NCBI GenBank assembly: GCA_963784055.1
Contig: CAWAPY010000015.1
Coordinates: 63,019-127,018 of the forward strand
DNA length: 64,000 nucleotides
Direction: 5' to 3'
DNA from: an uncultured Actinomycetota bacterium
GTDB taxonomy: Bacteria; Actinomycetota; UBA4738; HRBIN12
A program made the position numbers and the translations under genes. Below the pieces are notes generated by a model, which saw only the letters and a list, made by a program, of their open reading frames with translations, made no database searches and had not been told where the DNA came from. Positions within the stretch are counted from its first letter, which is position 1; the number at the start of each line of letters is the position of its first letter. Of this stretch, positions 29,734 to 48,745 are shown piece after piece.

Positions 29734-31577
29734 GTCTCGTCGGCGCCGAATCGCAGCTCGAGATCGAGGGAGCCTCCCCGGACGCCGGAGAACGTCGCCC
29801 CGTCCGCCCCTCGTCGGAGTTCCCGTGAGGTGGAGACGACGTTCGACCCGTCGGGGAGGACGATCCCGATCTGGAACCGCACGCCGGACAGCGTCGGTTG
29901 CGGGAGGACCCTGAGCAGCAACCGTTGCAGTCCGTCGACCGCCCCGACGGCGTCGGGGATGTCGTACGTGACGGTGAGCGTCGCCGACTCGCCTCCGCGA
30001 ACGAGGATCGAACCGGTTACCGAGGTGAGTCCCACGTCCCGGCCGATCTCGATCGGGCTCGGCCGACTCGTCTCGGCGGTGATGTTCTTCGCCGTTGCCG
30101 GCACGAAGAGTGTGACGTCGGCGGCGAACGTGCCCACCGGGATCTCGCCCACCGGGCGACCGAGGAGGACCGACGGCGGATCCGTCCCCGCCCCGTTCTC
30201 GAACAGGATCTCCGCCTCGACCGCGGCGGACCCGTCGGGCTGGATCCGGATCGATTGACGGACCGTCGTGTCCACCAGCGCGCCCACGTGGGAGCTCCCG
30301 ACCGCGCTCCAGGACGCCGCAACGGGGAGCACACCGTCATCGGGCAGGCCGGCGCCGCCATCGAGGCCGAGGCTGTGGATGATCCGACGCTCGGCCCTCC
30401 CCGGGAGGTAGATCGACAGGTGCCGGTCGCGGGCGCCGCTGGCTGTCGCGAGGGCGAACGATTCCACGCCGGGCCGGCGATCGAGGAACGCCTCGAGGAT
30501 CGCCCTGACCCGGTTGGTGTGCAGCCGAGCCGTCCGGGGCGGTGTGCTCCCGAGGAAGGCTTCGATCTCCAGCGCCCTGGTCGTGGTCCGGTCGGATAGG
30601 GCCTCGGGCGAACCGACCGTTTCCACGTCTCCGATCGCCCAGACGATGTCCTCGAGCGCCACCGCGTCGATCTGGATGACCCCGTCGAGATCGGTCAAAC
30701 CGGCCGCGTCGGCCGCCTCGAGCAGGGTTCGCGCCGTCCTCCTCCAGTCGATCGAGGTCTCCGCACCGATCAACTCGCTCGGTGCGGGCATGATCGACTC
30801 GAGCTCGAGTGAGCCGTCACGAGCCACCAGGACGCCGACCGTCGCGGGCGTGCCGCCGCCGGGGCGAGGGATGCCAAGCGTCGGGACGCACAGGAGGTAC
30901 CGATGCTCCCCGCCGAACATCGCGGCCGCGAGCCGCAGCGACTCCTGGAATCGGATGGCGAGGTCGAGCCGGAGGGTGAGGCCGTCGACCGCGTCCCGAT
31001 AGCCCGAGGCGACGGGCCCGAGCAGCCCGTCGCTCCCCGCATCCTCCAGCGCCCGAAGGGCAACGCCGAGCCGTCGCGTCACCGCCTCCATATCGGGGAT
31101 GGCTTCCTCGAAGGCCTCGATGTCCACGCTCCCGGCCGCGGACGAGGCAGGGATCCTGATGTCGGTCCACCCGAGCGTCCGAGCGACCCGCACCATCGCC
31201 GCGCCGGCTTCGGCCGTCGCCCGGGAGGCGTCGGCGACGGCCGCCGCCGCATCGATGTTGTCGCCCGCGATGGGCAGGAGCCCGGCGATGCCCATCGAGG
31301 GGTGCCCCACCGCCCCCCGGGCGGCATCCGCCGCCCGAGTGGCGGCCTCGAAGTGTGGCGCTGCCGACCCCGGGTCTCCGGTCACGATCGATTCGATCGC
31401 GATCGAGAGCTCCGACCGAGCAGCCGTGAGCCCGCGCACGAGGTTCCTGCCCGCCCAGAGGCCATCCAGGACGAGGAGCGCGGCGAACGTGGCGATGCCG
31501 GCCACGGCGCCGAGGGCGACCCGTCTCCCGCGGGTCCGTGGTCGCCGGGGGCCGGGTGGGGTGGGCTCCGAGGCCAT
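29730..31577 (-). CDS. membrane-anchored hypothetical protein, DUF4012-like
   Basis: 615-aa ORF, N-terminal transmembrane segment (ALGAVAGIATFAALLVL); overall resemblance to actinobacterial DUF4012 proteins (moderate). Confidence 0.5.
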   Translation of the reverse strand: MASEPTPPGPRRPRTRGRRVALGAVAGIATFAALLVLDGLWAGRNLVRGLTAARSELSIAIESIVTGDPGSAAPHFEAATRAADAARGAVGHPSMGIAGLLPIAGDNIDAAAAVADASRATAEAGAAMVRVARTLGWTDIRIPASSAAGSVDIEAFEEAIPDMEAVTRRLGVALRALEDAGSDGLLGPVASGYRDAVDGLTLRLDLAIRFQESLRLAAAMFGGEHRYLLCVPTLGIPRPGGGTPATVGVLVARDGSLELESIMPAPSELIGAETSIDWRRTARTLLEAADAAGLTDLDGVIQIDAVALEDIVWAIGDVETVGSPEALSDRTTTRALEIEAFLGSTPPRTARLHTNRVRAILEAFLDRRPGVESFALATASGARDRHLSIYLPGRAERRIIHSLGLDGGAGLPDDGVLPVAASWSAVGSSHVGALVDTTVRQSIRIQPDGSAAVEAEILFENGAGTDPPSVLLGRPVGEIPVGTFAADVTLFVPATAKNITAETSRPSPIEIGRDVGLTSVTGSILVRGGESATLTVTYDIPDAVGAVDGLQRLLLRVLPQPTLSGVRFQIGIVLPDGSNVVSTSRELRRGADGATFSGVRGGSLDLELRFGADET

Positions 31578-31792
31578 CGCCGCGACCCTACCGCCGGCAA
31601 CCGCGTTGCACCATCAGATCCCTTGGCAGGTTTCCTTGGCAAAGCGCTCCTGGGAGTAGCCTGCCCATCTCCTCCAGCAGTCCGGCTGGCCTGGGTCTGA
31701 TGGCGTCCAGGCAAGGCCGTTCGGCGGCTTGACCCTCGGTGCCGGAGAGGCGTACCCTCCTGGGCAGCCGCCGTGCCCCTGGGCAGGTGCCG

Positions 31793-31821
31793 TTGACGGT
31801 GCCTGCTCCTCCTCGTAGACT
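31793..31821 (+). promoter_or_regulatory. putative SigA-type promoter TTGACG-N17-TAGACT upstream of rpoB
   Basis: -35/-10-like hexamers with 17-nt spacer, ~70 nt upstream of the rpoB start; direct repeat CCTTGGCA x2 at 31609-31633 further upstream. Confidence 0.35.
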
Positions 31822-31888
31822 GCTCGTTTGCCGTGCCGTCCACCGCGCTCTGCCGTGCGCTCTCGACGTCTCCCGGGAGGGGTTCTGC

Positions 31889-35344
<3,456 letters not shown>

Positions 35345-35409
35345 GGGCCGGCGGGAATACGGCGGGGTTGTACGTAGTGCGGGGACGGGTCGAGAAGGCG
35401 GAGGTCTAA

Positions 35410-39324
<3,915 letters not shown>

Positions 39325-39325
39325 A

Positions 39326-39360
39326 AGCCCGGTGAGCGGGCTCCTCGGGACCTCCCGGGG
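39326..39360 (+). terminator. tandem GC-rich hairpins immediately after rpoC (putative terminator)
   Basis: AGCCCG-gtgag-CGGGCT followed by CCTCGGGA..TCCCGGGG. Confidence 0.3.
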
Positions 39361-39642
39361 AGCCCGGCAGGAGGTGTCGGCGCGTGGGCGCGCAGGTACC
39401 CTAAGGGTTGATCCCGCGCAGGCCGGCCCTCACGCCGGGTGGCATCCGGTGCGGTTGACACCTCGTGCTCACGACCAGTAGCTTTGGCGGTCGCGCCCGG
39501 GCACGGCGAACAGTGTCGGGCGTCCGGCTCCGGTCGGAGCGACAACCCCGCGGGTGGTGGCGTTCGCGCTGCGCCCCAAGGGTTCGGCCCGAGGCTCCCA
39601 AGCCCCGGTGGATGAAAAAGGAAGAGTGCAGACGAGAGAGCT

Positions 39643-40017
39643 ATGCCTACCATCCAACAACTCGTACGGAAGGGCCGATCCCGCCCCAAGAAGCGGACGA
39701 AGAGCCCTGCGCTGAAGGGCTCGTCCCAGCGGCGCGGCGTCTGCACGCGCGTGTACACGATGACCCCCAAGAAGCCGAACTCCGCCCTGCGGAAGGTCGC
39801 GCGGGTCCGGCTCACCTCCGGGATCGAGGTCACGGTCTACATCCCCGGTGTCGGCCACAACCTCCAGGAGCACTCGATCGTGCTGGTCCGCGGCGGTCGT
39901 GTGCGCGACCTGCCCGGCGTGCGCTACAAGATCATCCGCGGCACCCTCGACACCGCAGGGGTCCGCGACCGCCGCAAGGCACGGTCTCGCTACGGCGCCA
40001 AGAAGGTCGGCGAGTAA
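39643..40017 (+). CDS. rpsL: 30S ribosomal protein S12
   Basis: [12 protein letters not shown]...[12 protein letters not shown]... Confidence 0.97.
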   Translation: MPTIQQLVRKGRSRPKKRTKSPALKGSSQRRGVCTRVYTMTPKKPNSALRKVARVRLTSGIEVTVYIPGVGHNLQEHSIVLVRGGRVRDLPGVRYKIIRGTLDTAGVRDRRKARSRYGAKKVGE

Positions 40018-40018
40018 C

Positions 40019-40489
40019 GTGCCGCGCAAGGGACCTGCCGTACACCGGGGCATCACGCCAGACCCCGTCTATCAGAACCCGCTCGTGACCCAGCTGGTCA
40101 ACAAAGTGCTGTTGCACGGCAAGAAGACCGTCGCCGAGCACATCGTCTACGAGGCGCTCGAGCAGATCAGTCAGAAGACCGCCAACGACCCCGTGATCAC
40201 CCTGAAGCGTGCGGTGGACAACGTGCGCCCGATGCTGGAGGTCAAGTCGCGACGGGTCGGCGGCGCTTCGTATCAGGTCCCCGTGGAGGTGAAGCCCACC
40301 CGCGGCACGACGCTCGCGCTGCGGTGGCTCGTGAACTTCTCCCGCGCCCGACGCGAGAACTCGATGGCCGAACGCCTGGTCGCGGAGATCATGGATGCCT
40401 CGAACGGGCAGGGAGCCTCCGTCAAGCGGCGCGAGGACATGCACAAGATGGCCGAGGCAAACAGAGCGTTCGCGCATTACCGATGGTGA
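40019..40489 (+). CDS. rpsG: 30S ribosomal protein S7
   Basis: GTG 2 nt after the rpsL stop; VPRKGPA... Confidence 0.95.
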   Translation: MPRKGPAVHRGITPDPVYQNPLVTQLVNKVLLHGKKTVAEHIVYEALEQISQKTANDPVITLKRAVDNVRPMLEVKSRRVGGASYQVPVEVKPTRGTTLALRWLVNFSRARRENSMAERLVAEIMDASNGQGASVKRREDMHKMAEANRAFAHYRW

Positions 40490-40550
40490 TCGACGAGCAC
40501 CACCCGGCCGGCCCCCAGGGGCCGGTTTCCCGTGTGGAGGGGACCTCCTG

Positions 40551-42707
40551 ATGGCGGTCCCCGCAGAGAGGATGCAGGTGTCGCAGACCGAACAGAAGGT
40601 GAAGGAAGGCAAGGGGCTCTCGATCCGGGAGTACCCCCTCGCTCGCACGCGCAACATCGGCATCATGGCGCACATCGACGCCGGCAAGACCACGACGACC
40701 GAGCGGATCCTCTACTACACCGGGAAGGCCTACAAGATCGGCGAGGTGCACGACGGCACCGCGCAGATGGACTGGATGGTCCAGGAGCGCGAGCGCGGCA
40801 TCACGATCACGTCGGCCGCCACCACCTGCCAGTGGAAGGGCCACTGGATCAACATCATCGACACGCCCGGCCACGTCGACTTCACGGTCGAGGTCGAGCG
40901 GTCCCTCCGCGTCCTGGACGGCGCCGTCGCGGTGTTCGACGCGGTGGCGGGCGTTGAGCCCCAGACCGAGACCGTGTGGCGCCAGGCGGACCGCTACAAG
41001 GTGCCCCGGATCTGCTTCATCAACAAGATGGATCGAACCGGTGCCAACTTCGAGCGCACCGTGGACATGATCGTCGATCGCCTGCAGGCGACCCCGCTCA
41101 TCCTGCAGCTCCCGTGGGGCACCGAGTCCGACTTCCATGGCGTGATCGACCTCGTCCAGATGAACGCCCACTACTGGGAAGGCGACATGGGCGAGGAGTG
41201 GCGCGACACCGAGATCCCGGAGGAGTACCGGGCCGCCGCGGAAGCCGCCCACCACGTCCTCTTCGAGCGGCTCGCCGACCACGACGAGGCCCTGATGGAG
41301 AAGTTCGTCCACGAGGAAGAGCCCACGATCGAGGAGATGCATCGCGCGATCCGCCGAGCGACCCTCGGGAGCCTCGGCGTCCCGGTGATGTGCGGCTCCG
41401 CCTTCAAGAACAAGGGCGTCCAGCCCCTGCTCGACGCGATCGTCGCCTACCTCCCGTCGCCCGCCGAGGTGCTCCCCGTGGAGGGTCATCTCCCCAACGA
41501 CGAGTCCACGCACGTCCAACGCGCGCCCGAGGACTCCGAGCCGTTCGCGGCCCTGGCCTTCAAGATCATGTCCGATGCCTTCGTCGGCCGGCTGACGTAC
41601 CTGCGCGTGTACTCCGGTGTGCTGCGCGCCGGCTCGCACGTCGCCAATGCCACCAAGGATCGCAAGGAGCGGATCGGTCGCATCCTGCAGATGCACGCCA
41701 ACCACCGTGAGGACATGGCGGCCGCGTACACCGGCGACATCGTCGCCGTGGTCGGCCTGAAGCACGCCACCACGGGAGACACGATCTGCGACCCCGACCA
41801 CCAGGTCGTCCTGGAATCCATCAGCTTCCCCACGCCGGTCATCTCCGTCGCGGTGGAGCCGAAGACCAAGGCGGACCAGGACAAGCTGGGCACCGGTCTC
41901 GCCAAGCTCGCGGACGAGGACCCCACGTTCGTCGTGAAGTTCGACGACGAGACGGGCCAGACGGTCATCTCGGGGATGGGCGAGCTCCACCTCGACATCA
42001 TCGTGGACCGCCTGAAGCGAGAGTTCTCCGTCGACGCGAACGTCGGTAAGCCGCAGGTCGCCTACCGAGAGACGATCCGTCGCGAGGTGCACAAGGTCGA
42101 GACCCGCTTCGTCCGACAGACGGGCGGCCGCGGACAGTTCGCGCACGTCGTGATCGACCTCGAGCCGACCGGTGCCGGTGGTGGCTACGAGTTCCTGAAC
42201 AAGATCGTCGGCGGCAAGATCCCCCGGGAGTACATCCCCGCCGTCGACCAGGGGATCCAGGAGGCGCTCGACAACGGGGTGCTGGCGGGATACCCGATGG
42301 TGGACGTCCGGGCGACCCTGATGGACGGCACGTTCCACGAGGTCGACTCGAGCGAGATGGCGTTCAAGATCGCCGGTTCGATGGCGCTGAAGGAGGCTGC
42401 TCGCAAGGCCGACCCCGCGCTGCTGGAGCCGGTGATGGAGTTCGAGGTCACCACGCCCGAGGAGTTCATGGGCGAGGTGATGGGCGACGTGACGTCGCGC
42501 CGAGGCAGGATCGAGCGCATCGACGACGCCGGCGGGCAGAAGGTCATCAGGGTCCTGGTGCCGCTCGCCGAGCTCTTCGGCTACGCCACGGACCTGCGGT
42601 CGCGGACCCAGGGCCGCGCCGCGCACAGCCCGATGCAGCTCCACGCGTACGCAGAAGTGCCGGTGCAGGTGTCGAAGGAGATCATCGCCCGGGTCTCGGG
42701 CGAGTAA
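40551..42707 (+). CDS. fusA: elongation factor G
   Basis: GGAGGGGA ribosome-binding site; [26 protein letters not shown]. Confidence 0.95.
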   Translation: MAVPAERMQVSQTEQKVKEGKGLSIREYPLARTRNIGIMAHIDAGKTTTTERILYYTGKAYKIGEVHDGTAQMDWMVQERERGITITSAATTCQWKGHWINIIDTPGHVDFTVEVERSLRVLDGAVAVFDAVAGVEPQTETVWRQADRYKVPRICFINKMDRTGANFERTVDMIVDRLQATPLILQLPWGTESDFHGVIDLVQMNAHYWEGDMGEEWRDTEIPEEYRAAAEAAHHVLFERLADHDEALMEKFVHEEEPTIEEMHRAIRRATLGSLGVPVMCGSAFKNKGVQPLLDAIVAYLPSPAEVLPVEGHLPNDESTHVQRAPEDSEPFAALAFKIMSDAFVGRLTYLRVYSGVLRAGSHVANATKDRKERIGRILQMHANHREDMAAAYTGDIVAVVGLKHATTGDTICDPDHQVVLESISFPTPVISVAVEPKTKADQDKLGTGLAKLADEDPTFVVKFDDETGQTVISGMGELHLDIIVDRLKREFSVDANVGKPQVAYRETIRREVHKVETRFVRQTGGRGQFAHVVIDLEPTGAGGGYEFLNKIVGGKIPREYIPAVDQGIQEALDNGVLAGYPMVDVRATLMDGTFHEVDSSEMAFKIAGSMALKEAARKADPALLEPVMEFEVTTPEEFMGEVMGDVTSRRGRIERIDDAGGQKVIRVLVPLAELFGYATDLRSRTQGRAAHSPMQLHAYAEVPVQVSKEIIARVSGE

Positions 42708-42728
42708 GGCCAGAAGGGGAGAGCAGTC

Positions 42729-43913
42729 ATGGGCAAGAAGAAGTTCGAGCGCACGAAGCCACACGTGAACATCGGGACGATGGGTCACATCGACCACGGC
42801 AAGACCACGCTCACGGCCGCCATCACCAAGCGGCAGGCCGAGAAGGGGATGGCCGAGTTCACGCCGTTCGACGAGATCGACAAGGCGCCGGAGGAGCGCG
42901 AGCGCGGGATCACGATCGCGATCGCCCACGTCGAGTACGAGACCGACAACCGCCACTACGCGCACGTCGACATGCCGGGACACGCCGACTACGTGAAGAA
43001 CATGATCACGGGCGCCGCGCAGGTGGACGGCGCGATCCTCGTGGTCTCGGCGGCCGACGGCCCCATGCCGCAGACCCGCGAGCACGTGCTGCTCGCCCGC
43101 CAGGTCGGCGTCCCGTCGATCGTGGTCGCGCTGAACAAGTGCGACATGGTCGACGACTCCGAGCTCCTCGACCTCGTCGAGCTCGAGGTCCGCGAGCTGC
43201 TGTCCTCCTACGAGTACCCCGGTGACGACATCCCGGTCGTCCAGATCTCCGCCCTGAAGGCGCTCGAGGGCGACGAGGCGTGGATGGCCAAGGTCGACGA
43301 GCTCCTCGAGGCGTGCGACACCTACATCCCCGAGCCGGTCCGGGACACGGACAAGCCATTCCTGATGCCGATCGAGGACGTCTTCTCGATCACCGGTCGC
43401 GGGACGGTCGTGACCGGGCGGGTCGAGCAGGGCGTCCTGAAGAAGATGGGCGAGGTCGAGATCGTCGGACTGCGGGACACGCAGAAGACGATCGCGACGG
43501 ACCTGGAGATGTTCCGGAAGCTCCTCGACGAGATCACGGCCGGCGACAACGTCGGGGTCCTGCTCCGGGGCATCGACAAGGATCAGGTGGAGCGCGGTCA
43601 GGTCCTGGCGAAGCCCGGGTCGATCACGCCGCACACCGAGTTCATGTCGAACGTGTACATCCTGTCCAAGGAGGAGGGCGGCCGGCACACGCCGTTCTTC
43701 GACGGCTACAAGCCGCAGTTCTACTTCCGCACCACCGACGTCACCGGCGTGGCGCACCTGCCCGAAGGGGTGGAGATGGTCATGCCCGGCGACAACGTGG
43801 AGATGCGCGTGGAGCTCGACAAGCCGATCGCGATGGAGGAAGGCCTCCGGTTCGCGATCCGTGAGGGCGGACGCACCGTCGGGGCCGGCCGGGTCACCAA
43901 GGTCCTGAAGTAG
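42729..43913 (+). CDS. tuf: elongation factor Tu, copy 2 (str-operon position), Cys->Met in the HVDCPGH motif
   Basis: 394 aa, ~90% identical to copy 1; [10 protein letters not shown] and AAQVDGAIL instead of [10 protein letters not shown] / AAQMDGAIL. Confidence 0.95.
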   Translation: MGKKKFERTKPHVNIGTMGHIDHGKTTLTAAITKRQAEKGMAEFTPFDEIDKAPEERERGITIAIAHVEYETDNRHYAHVDMPGHADYVKNMITGAAQVDGAILVVSAADGPMPQTREHVLLARQVGVPSIVVALNKCDMVDDSELLDLVELEVRELLSSYEYPGDDIPVVQISALKALEGDEAWMAKVDELLEACDTYIPEPVRDTDKPFLMPIEDVFSITGRGTVVTGRVEQGVLKKMGEVEIVGLRDTQKTIATDLEMFRKLLDEITAGDNVGVLLRGIDKDQVERGQVLAKPGSITPHTEFMSNVYILSKEEGGRHTPFFDGYKPQFYFRTTDVTGVAHLPEGVEMVMPGDNVEMRVELDKPIAMEEGLRFAIREGGRTVGAGRVTKVLK

Positions 43914-43941
43914 AGGACACCGAGGAAGGCGAGGGGAACAC

Positions 43942-44250
43942 GTGGCGGGACCGAAGATCAGGATCAAGCTCCGGGCGTACGACCACCGGATGCTCGACGT
44001 CGCCGCCCGTGACATCGTCGAGCACGTGACGCGGACCGGCGCCAAGGTGGTCGGGCCGGTCCCCTTGCCCACCGAGCGTTCGATCTACACGGTCATCCGC
44101 TCGCCGCACAAGTACAAGGACTCGCGCGAGCACTTCCAGATGCTCACGCACAAGCGGTTGATCGACATCGTGGACGCGACGTCCAAGACGGTCCAGGAGC
44201 TCCAGCGCCTGAACCTGTCGGCCGGCGTCGACATCGAGATCAAGTTGTAG
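43942..44250 (+). CDS. rpsJ: 30S ribosomal protein S10
   Basis: [15 protein letters not shown]... Confidence 0.95.
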   Translation: MAGPKIRIKLRAYDHRMLDVAARDIVEHVTRTGAKVVGPVPLPTERSIYTVIRSPHKYKDSREHFQMLTHKRLIDIVDATSKTVQELQRLNLSAGVDIEIKL

Positions 44251-44255
44251 GAGCG

Positions 44256-44924
44256 ATGGCAGAGACGAAAGGGATCTTGGGCACGAAGCTGGGGATGACC
44301 CAGATCTTCGACGACACCCGTGCCGTGCCGGTCACGGTGATCAAGGCGGGTCCGTCGGTCGTGTCACAGATCAAGACGAAGGAGACCGACGGCTACGACG
44401 CCGTCCAGCTCTCTTTCGGCACCGTCCGCCCGCGCGACCTCACGAGACCGATGAAGGGACACTTCGAGTCGCACGATGCCACGCCCGGTCGCCACGTCGT
44501 CGAGCTGCGCACCGACGATGCGGCGAGCTACGAGCCCGGCCAGGAGATCACGGTCGACGTGTTCAGCCCGGGGGACCGGGTGGACGTGGTCGGCGTCTCG
44601 AAAGGTCACGGCACGACGGGTGTGATGAAGCGCCACGGGTTCCACGGCCTCCGGGCCAGCCACGGCACGAAGCGCAAGCATCGGGCTCCGGGAGCGATCG
44701 GTGCCTGCGCGACGCCGAGCAGGGTCTTCAAGGACATGCCGATGGCCGGCCAGCACGGCAGCGTCCGGGTCACCGTGTTGAACCTCGAGGTGGTCCAGGC
44801 CGATGTCGAGCGCGGTCTCCTGCTCGTCAAGGGCGCGGTCCCCGGGCCGAACGGTGGCCTGCTGATGGCGCGTTCCGCCGTCAAGTCGCTCCCGAGCAAG
44901 ACCTCGGCGGAAAGGACCGCGTGA
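44256..44924 (+). CDS. rplC: 50S ribosomal protein L3
   Basis: L3 motifs; stop overlaps rplD ATG (GTGATG). Confidence 0.95.
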   Translation: MAETKGILGTKLGMTQIFDDTRAVPVTVIKAGPSVVSQIKTKETDGYDAVQLSFGTVRPRDLTRPMKGHFESHDATPGRHVVELRTDDAASYEPGQEITVDVFSPGDRVDVVGVSKGHGTTGVMKRHGFHGLRASHGTKRKHRAPGAIGACATPSRVFKDMPMAGQHGSVRVTVLNLEVVQADVERGLLLVKGAVPGPNGGLLMARSAVKSLPSKTSAERTA

Positions 44925-45614
44925 TGGCCTCGATCGAGAGTCGTCGACGCAGCCGGGAAGAAGGCCGGCTCCGTGGAGCTCCCGGCCGAGATCTTCGAGT
45001 CGAAGGTGAGCGTTCCCTTGATGCATCAGGTCGTCGTGGCCGGTCTCGCCGGCATCCGCGCGGGGACGCACTCGACGAAGACGCGCGCCCAGGTCCGCGG
45101 CGGCGGCAGGAAGCCGTGGCGACAGAAGGGCACGGGTCGCGCACGGCAGGGATCGATCCGGTCTCCGCAGTGGGTCGGCGGCGGCGTGGCGCACGGGCCC
45201 ACACCCCGGGACCACTCGCAGAAGATCAACAAGAAGATGCGCCGCGGAGCGCTCCGCTCCGCGCTCACGGACGCGCTGCAGAGCGGGAAGCTCGCCGTGG
45301 TCGACGACCTGGACTGGAGCGAGCCGAAGACGAAGCAGGCCGTGGGCGTGCTCACGTCCTTGGAGCTCGCTGGGGCGGATCCTGCTCGTCCTGCCCCAAC
45401 CCACGGAGTCCGGCAGCGTGGAGAAGTCGTTCCGCAACCTGCCCAACGTGAAGATCGCGTACAGCGGTGGCCTCGGCACGTACGACGTGCTCCTGGCGGA
45501 CCGGGATCCTGTTCACGGGTGCCGCGATCGAGCGCCTGACCGGGCCGCCGGCAGGGTCTCCGACCGGTGCACAGGAAGGGTCGGCCGGCCAGGCCGAGGA
45601 GGCGGCGGGATGAA
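44924..45614 (+). CDS. rplD: 50S ribosomal protein L4, three apparent 1-nt indels (~44940, ~45375, ~45505)
   Basis: MASIE then frameshift, [20 protein letters not shown]...SLELAG then frameshift, [43 protein letters not shown] then frameshift, [11 protein letters not shown]...AAG* ending ATGA-coupled to rplW. Confidence 0.8.
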
Positions 45615-45906
45615 CAAGTCACCTCGCGACGTGATCGTCCGCCCCATCGTCTCGGAGAAGTCCTACGCGGGGATCGAGCACAACACCTACACGTTCCTGG
45701 TGGATCCGCGCGCGAACAAGACCGAGATCAAGGAGGCGGTCCAGACGATCTGGGATGTCCAAGTCCTGTCCGTCAACACGCTGAAGCGGCGCGGCAAGAT
45801 GAAGCGCCGCGGGTACACGCGCGGGCGCCGTCCCGACGAGAAGCGCGCCGTCGTCACGCTCGCACAGGGCGACAGCATCGAGATCTTCGAGGGTGGGGGG
45901 TCCTAG
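45612..45906 (+). CDS. rplW: 50S ribosomal protein L23
   Basis: [19 protein letters not shown]... Confidence 0.9.
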
Positions 45907-45908
45907 CC

Positions 45909-46739
45909 ATGGCCGTTCGGAAGTACAAGCCGACGACGCCCGGCCGGCGTGGAGGAAGCGTCTCGACGTTCGACGAGATCACGCGGTCCACGCCCGAGAA
46001 GTCGCTGCTGACCAAGGGGCGCAAGAAGGCGGGACGAAACGTCCACGGCCGGATCACCACGCGGCATCAGGGCGGTGGCACGAAACGGCGCTACCGCCTC
46101 ATCGACTTCAAGCGCAACAAGGACGGGATCCCGGCCAAGGTCGCCACGATCGAGTACGACCCGAACCGGAGCTCGCGGATCGCCTTGCTGCACTACGCCG
46201 ACGGCGAGAAGCGGTACATCCTCGCGCCCGATGGGGTGCGCGTAGGAGATCAGTTGATGTCCGGCGAGGGCGCGGAGATCCGCCCTGGGAACGCCCTGCC
46301 CTTGCGGAACATCCCGGTCGGCACGGTCGTCCACGCGGTGGAGCTGAAGCCGGGCGCCGGCGCCCGGATGGCTCGCTCCGCGGGCACGAGCGTCCAGCTG
46401 ATGGCGAAGGAGGGCAAGCTGGCCACGTTGCGTCTGCCTTCCGGAGAGATGCGCACGGTCCCGTCCATCTGCAAGGGCACCGTCGGCGTGGTGGGGAACG
46501 CGGAGCACGAGCTGATCGCGATCGGGAAGGCCGGGAGGAACCGGTGGAAGGGCAAGCGGCCCTCCGTGCGAGGCGTCGCCATGAACCCTGTGGACCACCC
46601 GCTCGGCGGCGGCGAGGGGAAGGCCTCCGGTGGGCGCCATCCGACGTCGCCGTGGGGCAAGAAGGAAGGCCGCACGCGGAAGAAGAAGAAGGCGTCGAAC
46701 GCGCAGATCATCCGGCGTCGCGGGAAGGGGCGTGGCTGA
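45909..46739 (+). CDS. rplB: 50S ribosomal protein L2
   Basis: [15 protein letters not shown]... L2 signature. Confidence 0.95.
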   Translation: MAVRKYKPTTPGRRGGSVSTFDEITRSTPEKSLLTKGRKKAGRNVHGRITTRHQGGGTKRRYRLIDFKRNKDGIPAKVATIEYDPNRSSRIALLHYADGEKRYILAPDGVRVGDQLMSGEGAEIRPGNALPLRNIPVGTVVHAVELKPGAGARMARSAGTSVQLMAKEGKLATLRLPSGEMRTVPSICKGTVGVVGNAEHELIAIGKAGRNRWKGKRPSVRGVAMNPVDHPLGGGEGKASGGRHPTSPWGKKEGRTRKKKKASNAQIIRRRGKGRG

Positions 46740-47020
46740 TGGCGAGATCGGTGAAGAAGGGGCCGTTCGTGGACGAGCACCTGATGGTCAAGATCGCGGG
46801 GATGAACGAGCGGAGCGAGAAGAAGGTCGTCAAGACCTGGTCGCGCCGTTCGACGATCGTCCCGGACATGATCGGACACACGATCGCGGTCCACGACGGC
46901 CGCAAGCACGTCCCCGTGTTCATCTCGGAGTCGATGGTCGGGCACAAGCTCGGCGAGTTCGCTCCGACCCGCACGTTCCGGACGCACTCGAGAGATGAGC
47001 GAAGGACGGGTCCTCGATAG
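46739..47020 (+). CDS. rpsS: 30S ribosomal protein S19
   Basis: [15 protein letters not shown]... Confidence 0.95.
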   Translation: MARSVKKGPFVDEHLMVKIAGMNERSEKKVVKTWSRRSTIVPDMIGHTIAVHDGRKHVPVFISESMVGHKLGEFAPTRTFRTHSRDERRTGPR

Positions 47021-47365
47021 ATGGAAGCGAAAGCTACGGTCAAGTACGTCCGCACGTCGCCGCGCAAGATGCGGCGGACGGTGGACCTCATCCGCGGTCA
47101 GCACGTGGGTGAAGCGAAGCGCATCCTCCGGTTGTCGACGCTGGGTGCCTCGCGCGACGTGGAGAAGTTGCTCGATTCCGCGATCGCCAACGCCGAGCAG
47201 CGGCCGGGCGTGATCGCGGAGAACCTGTTGGTGTCGAAGGCATGGGTGGACGAGGGACCGACGCTCCGCCGGTTCCGTCCCCGGGCCTACGGCCGGGCCA
47301 CCCGGGTCCGGAAGCGCACCTCGCACGTCACGGTCGTGGTGGAGACGATGGGAGACGAAGAGTAG
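47021..47365 (+). CDS. rplV: 50S ribosomal protein L22
   Basis: MEAKATVKYVRTSPRKMRR... Confidence 0.95.
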   Translation: MEAKATVKYVRTSPRKMRRTVDLIRGQHVGEAKRILRLSTLGASRDVEKLLDSAIANAEQRPGVIAENLLVSKAWVDEGPTLRRFRPRAYGRATRVRKRTSHVTVVVETMGDEE

Positions 47366-48330
47366 TGGGACAGAAGGTCCACCCATACGGGTTCCGGCTG
47401 GGGGTCATCTACCCCTGGAAATCGAACTGGTACGCGAACCGGCGCGACTACATCGAGGCGCTCCACGAGGACGTCTGGATCCGCAAGCACATCCGCTCGC
47501 GGCTCTCGCGTGCCGGGATCTCCTCGATCGACATCGAGCGCAAGGGCGATCAGATCTGGGTCTACATCCGGACGGCTCGCCCCGGCATCGTCATCGGCCG
47601 CAAGGGCGCCGAGGTGGACCGCCTGCGCAAGGACGTCGAGCGCTACACCAAGAAGCGGGTCGACGTGAAGGTCGAGGACATGAACCAGGCATCCAGCGAG
47701 GTGCGGCCCGACACGGACGCCGCGCTCCTCGCGCAGGGCGTCGCCGAGCAGCTCGCCGGGCGGGTGGCGTTCCGGCGGGCGATGCGCCGCGCCGTCCAGA
47801 CGGCGATGCGTGCCGGTGCTCTCGGCGTGCGCGTCGCGTGCGCCGGGCGCCTCGGCGGGACCGACATGGGTCGCAAGGAGTGGTACCGGGAGGGTCGTGT
47901 GCCGTTGCACACGCTCCGGGCGAAGGTGGACTTCGGAACGGCGGCCGCCAAGACGACGTTCGGCGCGATCGGCGTGAAGGTGTGGGTCTACCACGGCGAC
48001 GAGGTGCCGCACCGCGAGCAGGAGAGCGAGCGGGCTCTGGCGCGGGCACACGCCCGTGCCGAGCGAGGGGAACGAGGGGCGAAGCCGGCCGCCGCCCGCG
48101 CCAAGGCGCCGGCCAAGGCCGAGCCTGTTGCGGCGGCACCCGATTCCGTCGCTCCCGACGCCGCACCCGTCGAGGAACCGGCGCCGACGGCGCCCGAGTC
48201 CGGTCCGGAACCGGCCTCCGCCACCCCGGAGGCGATGGAAGGTGCGGAGACGTCCGTCGCACCCGAGGCCGCACCGGTGACCGAGGCGCCCACCGAGGCG
48301 CCCGACGCACAGGAGGGCGGTGAGGCCTGA
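47365..48330 (+). CDS. rpsC: 30S ribosomal protein S3 with ~90-aa Ala/Pro/Glu-rich C-terminal extension
   Basis: GTG start; [24 protein letters not shown]... Confidence 0.93.
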   Translation: MGQKVHPYGFRLGVIYPWKSNWYANRRDYIEALHEDVWIRKHIRSRLSRAGISSIDIERKGDQIWVYIRTARPGIVIGRKGAEVDRLRKDVERYTKKRVDVKVEDMNQASSEVRPDTDAALLAQGVAEQLAGRVAFRRAMRRAVQTAMRAGALGVRVACAGRLGGTDMGRKEWYREGRVPLHTLRAKVDFGTAAAKTTFGAIGVKVWVYHGDEVPHREQESERALARAHARAERGERGAKPAAARAKAPAKAEPVAAAPDSVAPDAAPVEEPAPTAPESGPEPASATPEAMEGAETSVAPEAAPVTEAPTEAPDAQEGGEA

Positions 48331-48743
48331 TGCTCGCCCCGAAGCGGATCAAGCACCGCAAGCAGCACCGTGGGCGGATGCGCGGCCTCGCCAAGGGCCA
48401 CACGGATATCCAGTCGGGCGACTACGCGATCGTCGCGATGGAGCCGGGCTGGATCACGAACCGCCAGATCGAGGCCGCCCGGGTCGCGATCACCAGGCAC
48501 ATCCGCCGCGGCGGCAAGGTCTGGATCACGATCTTCCCCGACAAGCCCGTCACCAAGAAGCCCGCGGAGACGCGGATGGGCTCCGGCAAGGGGAACCCGG
48601 AGGGCTGGGTCGCGGTGGTCAAGCCGGGCCGCGTCATGTTCGAGCTGGCGGGTGTGAACGAGGCGCTCGCCCGGGAGGCGATGGGTCGCGCGCAGCACAA
48701 GCTGCCGATCCGGACCAAGTTCATCACGAGGGTGGGGGAGTAG
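48330..48743 (+). CDS. rplP: 50S ribosomal protein L16
   Basis: ATGA overlap with rpsC; [19 protein letters not shown]... Confidence 0.95.
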   Translation: MLAPKRIKHRKQHRGRMRGLAKGHTDIQSGDYAIVAMEPGWITNRQIEAARVAITRHIRRGGKVWITIFPDKPVTKKPAETRMGSGKGNPEGWVAVVKPGRVMFELAGVNEALAREAMGRAQHKLPIRTKFITRVGE

Positions 48744-48745
48744 CG

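Noticed and set aside
40422-44072. 1216-aa minus-strand ORF
   Set aside because: Antisense to fusA and tuf; no ribosome-binding site or start context; composition artefact.
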